Assembly: GCA_027317865.1 (NCBI GenBank)
Contig: DAHVQG010000003.1
Coordinates: forward strand, 96,001-160,000
Length of the DNA: 64,000 nt
Direction: 5' to 3'
From: Bdellovibrionales bacterium
Lineage (GTDB): Bacteria; Bdellovibrionota; Bdellovibrionia; Bdellovibrionales; UBA1609
The notes under the pieces were generated by a model. The model was given only the letters and a program-made list of their open reading frames with translations, had not been told where the DNA came from and did no database searches. The translations under genes and the position numbers were made by a program. Shown here one piece after another: positions 37,745 to 48,560 of the stretch (positions within the stretch are counted from its first letter, which is position 1; each line of letters starts with the position of its first letter).

Positions 37745-38506
37745 TTAACGCACAAATTCTAACAGTTGTGTGGCAAGCCATTTCGGATCATCTAACGGTA
37801 AATCATGACCGGCGGTCGAGTGAAATTTCATCTGTGCAATCGAACCCAGTCGCTCCCCAATGGCTTTGGAACAGCGCGAATCAACAATGCGATCTTTTAA
37901 CGAAGTCACGATAAGCGTTGGAATTTCAATTTTACCTGGGCATTTAAATCGTGCTGCGGCTGCAAGTTGCCGGGCGAGGCTTGCCCGATCGAGTGGATGG
38001 GTTTGCGCAATGGAAGTAAGTCGATGCAAAACTTTTTTATCGCGGCTTTTCGAGTTGGATATTAAGCGCAGAATTTCTCGTTCACGCGCACTGACAGTCG
38101 GCGCGGAAATCGCGCGTCCGACGCGATAAAATGCAGACAACGAAAATCGTTGAAGCCACGTCGCCAGGTCGCGTGCGCTCGTGTTGATAATGACGAGTTT
38201 TTCGAAATCATCCGGATAGCGATGGGCCCAATCGAGCGCCACCATTCCGCCAAGTGAGAGACCGACGAGTGTCCAACGGTGTTTGCGCTGTTTCTTGGGC
38301 GAAGTACTTTCTTGGAGTGATTTAAACTCAGCACGTAAAAAATCGGTATGGCGGTGAATTGTAAATGGCGGATCGACATGTGCAAACTGGCCAAAGCCGG
38401 GTAGATCGAGACACTCCACAATGTTTTGATTTGCCTTTAGCCGGTCCGGAAAGTTCAGCCAATGTTCGCGTACCCTCCCGAGCCCGCGCAAAAGAAGCCA
38501 ATTCAT
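37745..38506 (-). CDS. Alpha/beta hydrolase
   Basis: LLRGL, DLPGFG, nucleophile elbow GLSLGG, and GHDLPLD motifs. Confidence 0.9.
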   Translation of the reverse strand: MNWLLLRGLGRVREHWLNFPDRLKANQNIVECLDLPGFGQFAHVDPPFTIHRHTDFLRAEFKSLQESTSPKKQRKHRWTLVGLSLGGMVALDWAHRYPDDFEKLVIINTSARDLATWLQRFSLSAFYRVGRAISAPTVSAREREILRLISNSKSRDKKVLHRLTSIAQTHPLDRASLARQLAAAARFKCPGKIEIPTLIVTSLKDRIVDSRCSKAIGERLGSIAQMKFHSTAGHDLPLDDPKWLATQLLEFVR

Positions 38507-39543
38507 TGGACAGCCTTTTCGATGACGCCGGTTTCGCCGTTCTTACACCAATTTTTATGATGCAGCGTCAACTGGCGCATAAGATCGAGTAATGGGCGAT
38601 GCCGCCTCATGATGCGCTTATATCGGTGCGGTAAAATGGGATTGAAAATTCCACCGCGAAAAAATAATTGCTTTGGATTTTTCTTAAGCCAAGTCCACGA
38701 TCCCATTTCAAGACACCACGGAATAAAAATTGAATGATTTTTCATTTTAATATGTTCATCAAAAATATAATCCCAAGGGTCGCCATTAATCAAATAGCTG
38801 GCGCTTTGCGGTTCGACAACATAAACGTGAAACGGATGGGCGGATTGCAAAGTGCTGCGAAATTTTTCGACAACGTCGAGATGCGGAAATTTCTCCGTGC
38901 GGCTACGAGAATATGGCCACCACAAGTGATCGCGCGCGCCAAATCCGGAGTGCACGTCGAGGGCGAGTGAAAACTCAGACTTAAGCATTTCATCTTTAAC
39001 AAATTGAATCAGTGTTTGAGTTTCAATCTCCATTGGGGCACCGAGTGGCCCGCGGTACCAAGGTAAACGTCGGCTAATGCGATGGCCCGATACGATGGGG
39101 TGCAACTGCGACAAATCTTCACCGCTCACGTCAACGGGCGCGTTTCTCATGACATCGACGCCGTTTGGGTTTGCGCGTGAACCGAGGTACATCCCGCCAG
39201 GGTTGATGATCGGTACTGATACAAGACGCATTTTCTGAAAAGTTTCGCGCAAGGTCTCATCCCAACGCAATTGTTCGATAAGCGGTGACAAATAATTGAG
39301 AACGACGTGCGTACCGACGCGTTCAAGACCGTGAACTCCGCCGAATAAACCAAATGTGGGCAAGCTTTTATCGTCGGGCCCTAGGATCAACCCATGGATG
39401 GGCAATGTTTGACCGCCTACTCGCACCTCGTTCAATATGCGAATTTTGGCGAGCCCCATGCTTTGCGACGACGACAGGCCCTCCCATTTATGAAGAAGAG
39501 AGCTTAAGTTTTGAATTTCTGTCCAATTGCCCGAGCGTTTCAT
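38503..39543 (-). CDS. M14-family zinc carboxypeptidase
   Basis: GGVHGLE, NPNGVD.MRN, DVHSG and LEMG motifs. Confidence 0.88.
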   Translation of the reverse strand: MKRSGNWTEIQNLSSLLHKWEGLSSSQSMGLAKIRILNEVRVGGQTLPIHGLILGPDDKSLPTFGLFGGVHGLERVGTHVVLNYLSPLIEQLRWDETLRETFQKMRLVSVPIINPGGMYLGSRANPNGVDVMRNAPVDVSGEDLSQLHPIVSGHRISRRLPWYRGPLGAPMEIETQTLIQFVKDEMLKSEFSLALDVHSGFGARDHLWWPYSRSRTEKFPHLDVVEKFRSTLQSAHPFHVYVVEPQSASYLINGDPWDYIFDEHIKMKNHSIFIPWCLEMGSWTWLKKNPKQLFFRGGIFNPILPHRYKRIMRRHRPLLDLMRQLTLHHKNWCKNGETGVIEKAVQ

Positions 39544-39850
39544 GTTCGCTCCCTAGCACCATTAACTTTTCGAGCTGAGTGTAAACGATTTGCGGCGCGA
39601 TGGCACTGCAGCGCGTGCCGAATCTTTCGACAATCAAACATGGATTACTCATAGCGTTGAGTATCAGAAGTTCTACATCGCGTTTCATTTTGCGCCAAAA
39701 CACCGGACGTGACGTCGGTCGAGTTAGGTTTTTACAGGTCAAGTTGAGAAAAACCCCGGCCGATTGTCGAGTTAAATAGTTTAGGAAATAGTCAGCGAAT
39801 AAAGTTTCAACAGTTCGGCGAAAATTCCGAGCGCACATTTCATCTTGCGT

Positions 39851-39866
39851 TGGCATGGTGGGTGCA
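39851..39866 (+). promoter_or_regulatory. Putative sigma54 promoter
   Basis: TGGCATGGTGGGTGCA (GG-N10-GC), about 47 bp upstream of the lipoprotein ATG. Confidence 0.55.
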
Positions 39867-39912
39867 ATTGCATGCCATTGGATAATAAAAACCGTTTACG
39901 TGTGGGGGAATT

Positions 39913-40611
39913 ATGAAACGGAATCAAATATTGACGATCATTGCGGGGACAGCGATGGCGTTCACAGTTGGATGTAGCAAAATGCAGTCCGGCGGTACGG
40001 CCGGCGCGGTAACCAATGCTTCAACCGCAAGTTCAGCCACCGCGACAAATTTAGTAAATCAAACAAACCAGGATATCGCCACTTTTAACCAGCAAAATAC
40101 AGCCCTTATGGCGCAAGTTAATAATTTAAACACCCAACTCAATTCCATTAACTTGCCGTTTTTAGAAACCGGCGGTTCGACGACGGGAGTTGTCGCGGCT
40201 GCACAAACAACAGCGGGTTCAGCGGCGCGGGTTCGCAGTTTGCAATCGTTTATCACGAATATCTTAAACGGTGCCTATACTGGAATTTCAAAGGTTTATA
40301 CGCAAATCAATAATTTGCAGCAAAAGATCGAAAACCGAATTGCCCAGCTTAATTTAAACGATCCTGCACAATTGGCTGCAGCAACAGCTTTAGAAGCATC
40401 ACTCACTTACCTGGCGCAAGCACGAACCAAACTGAATACGTTGGTCGGACAACTCGTCACAAAAGTTCAAGGTCTGACGGCGAGTCTTGACGCCAAGCTC
40501 GCGAGTTTAAATCAGTCCAATCCGCTCACTTGGGTCGCCGAAGTTTACTGGGCGCAACTCAAACCGCTCTTTGTCAACTTCGAGAATCAATTGACTGCGC
40601 TGACTCAATAA
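39913..40611 (+). CDS. Coiled-coil lipoprotein rich in Asn/Gln/Thr/Ala/Leu
   Basis: Lipobox TVGC; long heptad-like helices with very few charged residues. Confidence 0.8.
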   Translation: MKRNQILTIIAGTAMAFTVGCSKMQSGGTAGAVTNASTASSATATNLVNQTNQDIATFNQQNTALMAQVNNLNTQLNSINLPFLETGGSTTGVVAAAQTTAGSAARVRSLQSFITNILNGAYTGISKVYTQINNLQQKIENRIAQLNLNDPAQLAAATALEASLTYLAQARTKLNTLVGQLVTKVQGLTASLDAKLASLNQSNPLTWVAEVYWAQLKPLFVNFENQLTALTQ

Positions 40612-40674
40612 TGAGCGGTCGCTCACCGCGAGTTAGCTCTTGCTGTCGAGTGAGACAGCGCCTACCATAGCCAC

Positions 40675-41622
40675 ATGAGATCTCTCATGTGGCAGCCATT
40701 AAAAAAGGGTGACCTGGTGGACGTCGTGGCACCAGGTTTTCGCATTTCTGAAGAGCGCTTGCACGGAGCCGTGCGATTTTTACATGAAATTGGGCTCCAG
40801 GCTCGGGTACCTCGCGATATTTTCGGCGAAGATATCGTTTGCGGGCAAACAGATAAGATTCGTTTGGCACACCTTAAATCGGCGATTCTTGCAAAAGATT
40901 CGCGTGCTATTTGGTGTTTGCGCGGCGGTTATGGCGCGATCCGATTAATCGATGCGGTAGCTAAGATCAAAAGACCCGCTCAGCCCAAACTTTTTATTGG
41001 ATATAGCGATGCCGTGACCCTCCACAATTTTTTCAACCAATTTTGGAAGTGGCCGACGCTTCACGGGCCGTTGCTCGATCGCCTCGGGCAACACACGCTA
41101 CCCGAAGATGAAGTCAGCGAACTGGTTAATCTTATATTTGGTCGCAATAAAGTGATAATTCATAAAAATCTGCTGCCTCTCAACCCGCCGGCACGGGCAC
41201 GAAACGTGCGGGCGCGAGCTTTGACGGGCACGGTTTATGGCGGCAATCTGACTGTTGTGCAGTCGTTTTTGGGTACGAGACACGCCAAAATTCCACAAAA
41301 CGCGATTTTGTTTTTCGAAGACGTTGGGGAGCGGGGCTATCGTGTTGACCGCGCACTTGTGCAATTGCGTCAGGCGGGATATTTCGCCCGTACTAAAGCA
41401 GTTGTGTTTGGGCAATTTACCGAGTCGGCTGAAAGATCCGGTGAAGATCGCGTGCCAGGGGTGCTCCAGCGATTTGCCGAAGAAATGAAATTTCCGGTAT
41501 TTAACAACTTGCAAGCGGGCCACGGCGATAAGCAAAGAACCGTTCCGTTTGGCACAACGGCGCGAATTGTTAGCAATGAACAATCGTATGAATTGCAGAT
41601 TCAAGCGGGTTTTCACGTCTGA
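40675..41622 (+). CDS. ldcA: LD-carboxypeptidase (S66 family)
   Basis: RGGYGA, GYSD, HGP, GGNL, FEDVGE and GHG motifs. Confidence 0.9.
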   Translation: MRSLMWQPLKKGDLVDVVAPGFRISEERLHGAVRFLHEIGLQARVPRDIFGEDIVCGQTDKIRLAHLKSAILAKDSRAIWCLRGGYGAIRLIDAVAKIKRPAQPKLFIGYSDAVTLHNFFNQFWKWPTLHGPLLDRLGQHTLPEDEVSELVNLIFGRNKVIIHKNLLPLNPPARARNVRARALTGTVYGGNLTVVQSFLGTRHAKIPQNAILFFEDVGERGYRVDRALVQLRQAGYFARTKAVVFGQFTESAERSGEDRVPGVLQRFAEEMKFPVFNNLQAGHGDKQRTVPFGTTARIVSNEQSYELQIQAGFHV

Positions 41623-41642
41623 CGAGCGATATGGGGTAAAAG

Positions 41643-42281
41643 ATGGTAGTGAATTCTAAATTCATAAGCCCGAATTTTACGGCTCAAGTCATTCCGACTG
41701 AATTTATCGTACTCCATTACACGGCCTGCAGTTTAAAGAGTACGCTCGATATTTTTCTAAATAGAGAGAAAAAAGTTTGCGCTCACTTTGTCATCGATAC
41801 TGACGGCTGCGTTTATGACCTTGGTGGATTTTTAGATGGACCGATACTTCGTGGTGCGCACGCCGGTAAAAGTCATTTCGAATGGCACGGTATGAAATAC
41901 GTCGATTTCAATCAGTTTTCGATTGGCGTCGAAATGATCAATCTCAACGGCAATCTGAATAGATATACTGAGGAACAATACATCGCTCTGGGGGAGTTGG
42001 TCCGCCATCTGCAGAGGCGCTTTCCGATTTTGGCGGACTCCAGCCGCATTGTTGGCCATGAACACATCGCCCACTGGCGTGGTAAGGCTGATCCGGGAGT
42101 TCTCTTCGACTGGAGCCGTTTCTTATCTTCCGTGGGATTGAAACCGTGCGAATTTCACTCGTTTTATGCCTGCCAAAACGAAGATTTAAAATGGTTGAAG
42201 AGCCAGGGGAAAATTCAAAATTGGTCCAAGTTGAGTCTCGAGCTTGAAACTCGCATCGGGCAACGCAACCTTCGCGATTGA
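41643..42281 (+). CDS. N-acetylmuramoyl-L-alanine amidase (amidase_2, AmpD-like)
   Basis: IVLHYT, AHFVI, AHAG.S, N.FSIGVE, GHEHIA and KADPG motifs; no signal peptide. Confidence 0.88.
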   Translation: MVVNSKFISPNFTAQVIPTEFIVLHYTACSLKSTLDIFLNREKKVCAHFVIDTDGCVYDLGGFLDGPILRGAHAGKSHFEWHGMKYVDFNQFSIGVEMINLNGNLNRYTEEQYIALGELVRHLQRRFPILADSSRIVGHEHIAHWRGKADPGVLFDWSRFLSSVGLKPCEFHSFYACQNEDLKWLKSQGKIQNWSKLSLELETRIGQRNLRD

Positions 42282-42369
42282 TGTCTACAGTTTAGTCAAT
42301 TTTTGAAAGTTATATCAGGGCCTATCGCCCGACTGGAGAATTTCATCAACCTGTGGAATAACTTTGTTC

Positions 42370-44538
42370 ATGCGAACACGTCCAACGATATTTTTAACGG
42401 CTTTGCTGGTTACAGTAAGCGCGAGTCTGTGCTCGAATTTGGGCTTTGCCGATCAACTTCGTTTAGTACGCGCAGGTGATAGTCCCGAATTAACGGTCGA
42501 GCCGAAAGGTGACCCGTATTTGGCGGAGTATTTTCGGTTTCAAGTTGCTCCAAGGGGTAATCGTGTTTCGCCGCTATTTGATCGCGCCGTAACTGCCGCC
42601 TTTGAATCAAACGGAGCGAGTCCTCTTAACCGGCGGACGCTTTATCGGTGGCTAAATGTTTCAGAAATTGAGGTGAATGTTGCCCGGTTTATCGTTCGCT
42701 CGGCCATGAGCGACGGAACGCTTGTCATGAGTAACGAGCAAATTGCCGCGGCAATTAATATTCTGCATGTACAAGCGGCCGATTGGCTGAAAGTGCGCGG
42801 AACGGCCATGTTGGGCACGCTTTGCCGCTTGTGGCAAATTGATTCGATGTTGAGGCAACGAGGCAGTCAACCGATTTACTCCTTTGAGACATGGGTGAGC
42901 TTGTTTCAACAACTTCGAGAAAGGATCAATGAATTGCATCCGGATTCCGGTGACGCCCGCCATGCTGTACTCGAATGGTTTATACCGGTACGGTTTGGCC
43001 AATCGAACTCAAATTTAGCCACTCAGACTTTAAATTTTCTGATGGTAACGCGGCCCGGTTTTTATGCTCGTGCCGAAAAACTTGTACGCATTTATCCGTT
43101 TATTGATCCACTACGCCAAATTGAACTTGCGGGTCTATTAAAACGGCAAATTGTAGACGCGTTAGTTCACGATGATACGTTCCCAAATGAAAAACAGGCG
43201 CTCGATATGGCTAAAAATCTTGTGGAGTTTTATCTCGGTCACTCCACTCCCGATGAAAAAGCGCATTTTCTCGAGGCGTTTGTTTTGCGATTGATCAAAG
43301 AAACAGACCGGCATCAATCGCCGGATGTTCGCACATTTGCCGATGAAATGGTTGCGATGATTCGACCGGTGTTAAAAAACACCGAAAAAAGCGAAGCCAT
43401 CGAATCCTTGCGGCGGAAGTTGCAAAAAGAAGCACTGTCGGGTTACTCCACCGCGAAATCGCAATTGCGCATATATGATCCACTTCGAAGCGAACTTCAT
43501 AGCGGGGAATCGGCTGATAAGAGTGAAATCAAAACGTACCGAAGATATGTGGAGGGTTGGCTTGAGCTCCCATACACTATGACCGATGCCAAAACGAGCT
43601 CCTATCTTCAAACGTATTTAAGTTTAATGAAGCCGTCAGACGCCGTACATGCGGCAACGGCGTGGATCCGTCGTATTTTATCGGAACATTCAAAAAATTA
43701 CGTAATGGGATCTTTTAGCGCCCAAGAACGCTTTGAAACTAGTATCGAACTCGACAAAATTATGGCCGCACTTTTACAGTTTGCGTGTGACCATGCGGCA
43801 AACCGTCAGCAGGTGATTCTCGAGATTTTGAAACCGTACATGAACAGCGAATGGTTTGGATTCGCGCCCGAATTTGAAAAGGTATTGATGAAAAACATCG
43901 CAACTGGTTTTGACCCAGCTCGCAAGGCCACGGACTCGAATCTAGTATCGAGCACCGAAATGTTGCTCAACGAAATTGTAATAACTCGGCCGTCGATGAA
44001 GTCGCTGGTTTACTTAAGGATATTTTTTGATGAGATTAAGCCCATTATAAACGGCAACACGCAACTCGGGATGTTGTTTCGAACCGTGTACGAGAAAAAT
44101 GCTGTAGTTGAACTGCACCATGCCATAACCGAATTCGAAGCTCGAACGCCAAAAAATGATTTGGATTCAGTCGAAAAAAATCACCAATCACGCGAACAAG
44201 CCGCTTGGATTAAGGAACAAGCCGCGTTCTGTACGGAACTCTTGTTTGACGTGAAATCCCAGTTTTTCGCGCTGACGCCCGAAAATTTTCAGAAGCAGTA
44301 CCGCAACTTTTTGGTCCAGATCGCCAGTTTCGGTTCAACGGCGTGGTCGTCAATAAATGGTTTTGAGCAAACAATGTGGGAGCGCCAGAAAGAGCATGTG
44401 CCGGTCAACTCGTTTTATGAGACATTGCTTGACGAATTGCACCCCAAACTTGCGGCCCCAGCGGTTGTACCGAAGATCAGGCTTGTCTATTCGGCTAACA
44501 AATCGTCGTGTGCCAGAGACTTAGCCGGAAACCCTTGA
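42370..44538 (+). CDS. Large secreted alpha-helical hypothetical protein
   Basis: 722-aa ORF with a signal peptide ending GFA; no recognisable motif; C-terminal SSCARDL. Confidence 0.75.
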   Translation: MRTRPTIFLTALLVTVSASLCSNLGFADQLRLVRAGDSPELTVEPKGDPYLAEYFRFQVAPRGNRVSPLFDRAVTAAFESNGASPLNRRTLYRWLNVSEIEVNVARFIVRSAMSDGTLVMSNEQIAAAINILHVQAADWLKVRGTAMLGTLCRLWQIDSMLRQRGSQPIYSFETWVSLFQQLRERINELHPDSGDARHAVLEWFIPVRFGQSNSNLATQTLNFLMVTRPGFYARAEKLVRIYPFIDPLRQIELAGLLKRQIVDALVHDDTFPNEKQALDMAKNLVEFYLGHSTPDEKAHFLEAFVLRLIKETDRHQSPDVRTFADEMVAMIRPVLKNTEKSEAIESLRRKLQKEALSGYSTAKSQLRIYDPLRSELHSGESADKSEIKTYRRYVEGWLELPYTMTDAKTSSYLQTYLSLMKPSDAVHAATAWIRRILSEHSKNYVMGSFSAQERFETSIELDKIMAALLQFACDHAANRQQVILEILKPYMNSEWFGFAPEFEKVLMKNIATGFDPARKATDSNLVSSTEMLLNEIVITRPSMKSLVYLRIFFDEIKPIINGNTQLGMLFRTVYEKNAVVELHHAITEFEARTPKNDLDSVEKNHQSREQAAWIKEQAAFCTELLFDVKSQFFALTPENFQKQYRNFLVQIASFGSTAWSSINGFEQTMWERQKEHVPVNSFYETLLDELHPKLAAPAVVPKIRLVYSANKSSCARDLAGNP

Positions 44539-44605
44539 TTTGTCGGCTTGTCGGGCACTCAAAAAAACGGTACCGTAGGCGCTGCAAACACTAGGGGTAA
44601 CCGTA

Positions 44606-46069
44606 ATGCGCGTTCATTTGATGGGGATTTGCGGCACAGCCATGGCGAGTCTTGCCGGGCTTCTCAAAAGTATGGGACATGAGGTTTCGGGGAGCGATCA
44701 AAACGTCTATCCGCCGATGTCAACTCAACTCAAAGAATTGGGCATACCGATTTTAGAAGGTTATCGCGAAGAGAATTTGGGTTTGGGCCCCAATGGTCAC
44801 TTGAACACTTCATCCATGCCTGCGCCGGAGCTGGTCATCGTTGGCAATGTGATTTCGCGCGGTAACCCAGAAGCCGAAGCTCTGTTAAAGAGTTCGATCC
44901 CTTACACCAGTTTGCCAAAGGCGCTTGGCGAATATGCGATTGCCGACCGTCATTCGATTGTTGTCGCGGGTACGCATGGTAAAACGACGACCACTTCCAT
45001 TATGATCAAAGTTGCCGATGCCTGCGGTGTTGAACCCGGTTTTATGGTTGGAGGCATACCTCTTGATTACGGTCGATCATTTCGTGTCGGCGGTCACTCC
45101 TCGTATTTTGTGATTGAAGGCGACGAGTATGACACGGCCTTTTTCGATAAAGTGCCAAAGTTCATTCATTATAAACCGCGCTCGGTCATTCTCACGAGTA
45201 TCGAATTTGACCACGCCGATATTTACAAAGATCTCGCAGCAGTAAAAAACGCTTTTCACATGCTCATAGAGCGAATACCCCATGATGGGGTTTTGGTCGC
45301 GCGCGCGGATGATATGAATGTTCGCGAAGTATCACGTGCGGCAAAGTGTCCGGTGATTACTTTTGGCGTCGCTGGCCGCGCGCCAGCCGATTATGAAATT
45401 ACAGAGCGGCAAATTCTTCATGGGCGAAACCAATTCGCTGTTCAACACCGTGGTAAAAAAATTGCGGATGTTGCGATTCGCTTGCCGGGTGAGCACAATG
45501 CGCTCAACGCGCTTGCGGTATTTGCGCTTGCGCACCATCTCGGCTGGAAGGTTCCCAATATTTTACAAGGGCTCGCGGATTTTCAAGGAGTAAAACGCCG
45601 TCAAGAAGTGATCGGCACTCCGTCGGGGATAACATTAATCGAAGATTTTGCACATCATCCTACGGCGGTTGCGGTGACGGTTGATGCCATTCGCGAAAAA
45701 TATTTGAACGCTGGCCAATCGCAATCTGGCGTCGGTCCGGGGCGGCTGATTGCGCTTTTTGAACCGCGTTCCGCAACTTCGCGAAGACGCGTTTTTCAAC
45801 GCGAATATGTGAGCGCATTTAAAAACGCAGATCTCATATTTATCGCGAAGGCTTACGATCAATCGAAAATTGCCGAAGGCGACCGTTTTTCAACGGCTGA
45901 ATTGGTGCGCAATTTGCTGCACGAAGGTTATACCGCTTGCGAATTTGAAAATGTCGACGAAATTGTCGACGAAGTTAAAAGTGACGCGCGACCGGGCGAT
46001 GTTGTGCTCATCATGAGTAACGGTGGATTCGGCGGCATCTACAAAAAACTGGCGGAGCGTTTGAAATGA
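44606..46069 (+). CDS. mpl: UDP-MurNAc:L-Ala-gamma-D-Glu-mDAP ligase
   Basis: GICGTAM, VYPPMSTQL, GTHGKTTT, EGDEYDTAFFDK, DFAHHPTA, EPRS and MSNGGFGG motifs. Confidence 0.94.
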   Translation: MRVHLMGICGTAMASLAGLLKSMGHEVSGSDQNVYPPMSTQLKELGIPILEGYREENLGLGPNGHLNTSSMPAPELVIVGNVISRGNPEAEALLKSSIPYTSLPKALGEYAIADRHSIVVAGTHGKTTTTSIMIKVADACGVEPGFMVGGIPLDYGRSFRVGGHSSYFVIEGDEYDTAFFDKVPKFIHYKPRSVILTSIEFDHADIYKDLAAVKNAFHMLIERIPHDGVLVARADDMNVREVSRAAKCPVITFGVAGRAPADYEITERQILHGRNQFAVQHRGKKIADVAIRLPGEHNALNALAVFALAHHLGWKVPNILQGLADFQGVKRRQEVIGTPSGITLIEDFAHHPTAVAVTVDAIREKYLNAGQSQSGVGPGRLIALFEPRSATSRRRVFQREYVSAFKNADLIFIAKAYDQSKIAEGDRFSTAELVRNLLHEGYTACEFENVDEIVDEVKSDARPGDVVLIMSNGGFGGIYKKLAERLK

Positions 46070-46088
46070 CGTTGAGGAGAAGTCGGTC

Positions 46089-48560
46089 ATGACTCCGCTT
46101 ATGCAGCAATATTGGCAAATTAAGAACGAATACTCCGATAAAATCTTGCTTTTTCGCATGGGCGATTTTTACGAGATGTTTTTTGATGACGCCAAAATTG
46201 CCGCTCCTATATTAAATATTGCCCTGACGGCGCGAAATAAAAAATCGGACGATGAAACGCCCATGTGTGGTGTGCCTCATCATTCGATCAGTGGACCGAT
46301 CGGCAAACTGTTAGCGGCTGGTCTCAAAGTCGCGATTTGTGATCAGCTTGAAGATCCGGAAACAGCAAAAGGAATCGTCAAACGCGGGGTGACTCGCGTT
46401 TTGAGTCCCGGTATGGTTTACGATCCGCAAACGCTTGAAGAACTGAATGCCAATTACGTCGCGGCGTTTGACGAAACAACCGTGAGTTTTCTTGATGCGA
46501 CAACCGGCGAAAGTTTTTATTTTCGCGGGAGCGGTACAGGCCGGCGCGGTATTTTTGATGGCGCATTTGAATTGTTTGCGCTTTTGCGGCCCAGTGAAAT
46601 TCTTATTACTGCCGAGCAGGTGAGTGACAATCGCACGACCATCGATGAGCTCAAGACGGCCGGTGCGTGGACGCTGACGGTCGCTTCTTCGCGTCTAACT
46701 GAGCTTGATGAGCGATTTCGAAACGTCCCCGAAAGTGCCAAGCGCCTTTTGTATTATGCCGCTGAAATGCAAGGTTCGAGCGTTCTTGCAGCCGTGCGCG
46801 AGTTTGAGCGGCGTGAAATTAATGATCGCATGGTGGTTTCACAGAATGTGTTGCGGCACTTAGAAGTTTTTACGAGTCTTCGATTAGGTTCGCCATTGGC
46901 GCCGGCGGCTTACAGTTCACGTGGTTCTTCTCGGCAAGATGCGGGGACATTATTTGACGCAATAAATCGCACGCGCACGTCCGCTGGGGCACGCACGTTA
47001 AAAAGATGGTTGCAGTTTCCGCTCGTAAGCAAAATTCAAATCGAGGAGCGGTTGAATCGAATCGAAGAGTGGGCTCAAAAGCCGCACGATCTCAAAATTT
47101 TACGAGAACGGCTTGGCAAAATGGGCGACATTGAACGGCGGATCGCAAAGATTTCGTACGCCAATTGCCATCCCCGCGATTTGCTTAGTCTCGCAGAAAG
47201 TTTAGATGTTGGCATTTCGGTCGCGCCCTTTTGCCAGACATTCAGCGTGTCTGAGCTTAACGAAGTTGAAAACTCGGTGTTATTGATTCGGCGGCATCTG
47301 AACGACGAACCTCCCGCACAGTTAAAAACTGGCGGATACATTCAGCGGAACGTAAACGACGAACTCGATCGGCTAATTGAACTGAGCGAAAATAGTCAGA
47401 AATTGCTCGTTGAACTCGAAACCCGAGAGCGTGAGACGACCGGGATTACAAGTCTTAAGGTCCGCTACAATAATGTATTCGGCTATTACATCGAAGTGAC
47501 GAAGACACATCTTGATAAAATTCCCGACCACTATAAGCGTAAACAAACCCTAGCTAATGCGGAACGGTTTATAACGCAAGAGCTGCAGGAGCTTGAAGAG
47601 CGCATTCTTTCGAGCCGTGAAAAGCGCGTCCGACTTGAAGAAGAAATTTTTCAAAGTTTACGTACTGCGGTTTTGCGGAGCGGGCAGTTTCTTTTATCAG
47701 CCGCGCAAAAGTGGAGCGATCTCGATGTCATTTCGTCGCTTGCGTGGCTTGCGTTGGAACAGAAATATACGCGGCCCATTCTAAAAGAGCAGGTTCAAGA
47801 TTTACCCGGTCTAAACGCAATTGTTTTGCGTGGCTCTCGGCACCCCGTGGTGGAACAAGAAGTGGAACGCGCATTCGTGCCCAACGATTTGTCGCTTTCC
47901 CGTGGTGAGTGTCTTTTGCTGACAGGCCCGAATATGGCCGGTAAAAGCACCCTCATGCGCCAAATTGCCGTGACAGTATTAATGGCGCAGGTCGGATCGT
48001 TCGTGCCGGCCAGTTATGCCGAGTTACCTCTTTTTCATCAGATTTTCACCCGCATCGGAGCCAGTGACTCGCTCTCTGAAGGGCTCTCAACTTTTATGGT
48101 CGAGATGCAAGAAACAGCCGAAATGCTTAAAATGAGTGGGCCTGATACGCTCGTGATTTTGGACGAAGTGGGGCGTGGCACGTCGACTTATGACGGTATG
48201 AGTTTGGCCCAGTCGATACTTGAGCATTTGGTGCGAGTCGCCGGCTGTACCACACTTTTTGCAACTCATTATCACGAATTGACGATTCTCGCGTCTGAAT
48301 ATGCACAGGTTCGCAATATGCACATGGCCATACATGAACAAGGGGGAGAGATACAATTTCTGTATACTTTGCGCGCCGGCCCGGCGAGTAAATCGTACGG
48401 GTTGCACGTGGCGCGATTAGCCGGATTGCCCGAATCGGTCATTCAGCGAGCCGAAAAACTCCTGAAAAATCATGAAGCGAATGTGGCTGAAAACAGCGGT
48501 GCCCTTCGTCGTCGCGATCAAGACTTGCCGCTTTTACAATGGCAGCAAAATCTTTCTTAA
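46089..48560 (+). CDS. mutS: DNA mismatch repair protein MutS
   Basis: TPLMQQY, RMGDFYEMF, TGPNMAGKST, STFMVEM, DEVGRGTST and FATHYHEL motifs. Confidence 0.97.
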   Translation: MTPLMQQYWQIKNEYSDKILLFRMGDFYEMFFDDAKIAAPILNIALTARNKKSDDETPMCGVPHHSISGPIGKLLAAGLKVAICDQLEDPETAKGIVKRGVTRVLSPGMVYDPQTLEELNANYVAAFDETTVSFLDATTGESFYFRGSGTGRRGIFDGAFELFALLRPSEILITAEQVSDNRTTIDELKTAGAWTLTVASSRLTELDERFRNVPESAKRLLYYAAEMQGSSVLAAVREFERREINDRMVVSQNVLRHLEVFTSLRLGSPLAPAAYSSRGSSRQDAGTLFDAINRTRTSAGARTLKRWLQFPLVSKIQIEERLNRIEEWAQKPHDLKILRERLGKMGDIERRIAKISYANCHPRDLLSLAESLDVGISVAPFCQTFSVSELNEVENSVLLIRRHLNDEPPAQLKTGGYIQRNVNDELDRLIELSENSQKLLVELETRERETTGITSLKVRYNNVFGYYIEVTKTHLDKIPDHYKRKQTLANAERFITQELQELEERILSSREKRVRLEEEIFQSLRTAVLRSGQFLLSAAQKWSDLDVISSLAWLALEQKYTRPILKEQVQDLPGLNAIVLRGSRHPVVEQEVERAFVPNDLSLSRGECLLLTGPNMAGKSTLMRQIAVTVLMAQVGSFVPASYAELPLFHQIFTRIGASDSLSEGLSTFMVEMQETAEMLKMSGPDTLVILDEVGRGTSTYDGMSLAQSILEHLVRVAGCTTLFATHYHELTILASEYAQVRNMHMAIHEQGGEIQFLYTLRAGPASKSYGLHVARLAGLPESVIQRAEKLLKNHEANVAENSGALRRRDQDLPLLQWQQNLS

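Noticed and set aside
39488-39856. 122-aa minus-strand ORF in the intergenic region
   Set aside because: It has no recognisable motif or RBS, and it overlaps the M14 peptidase start and a promoter motif.
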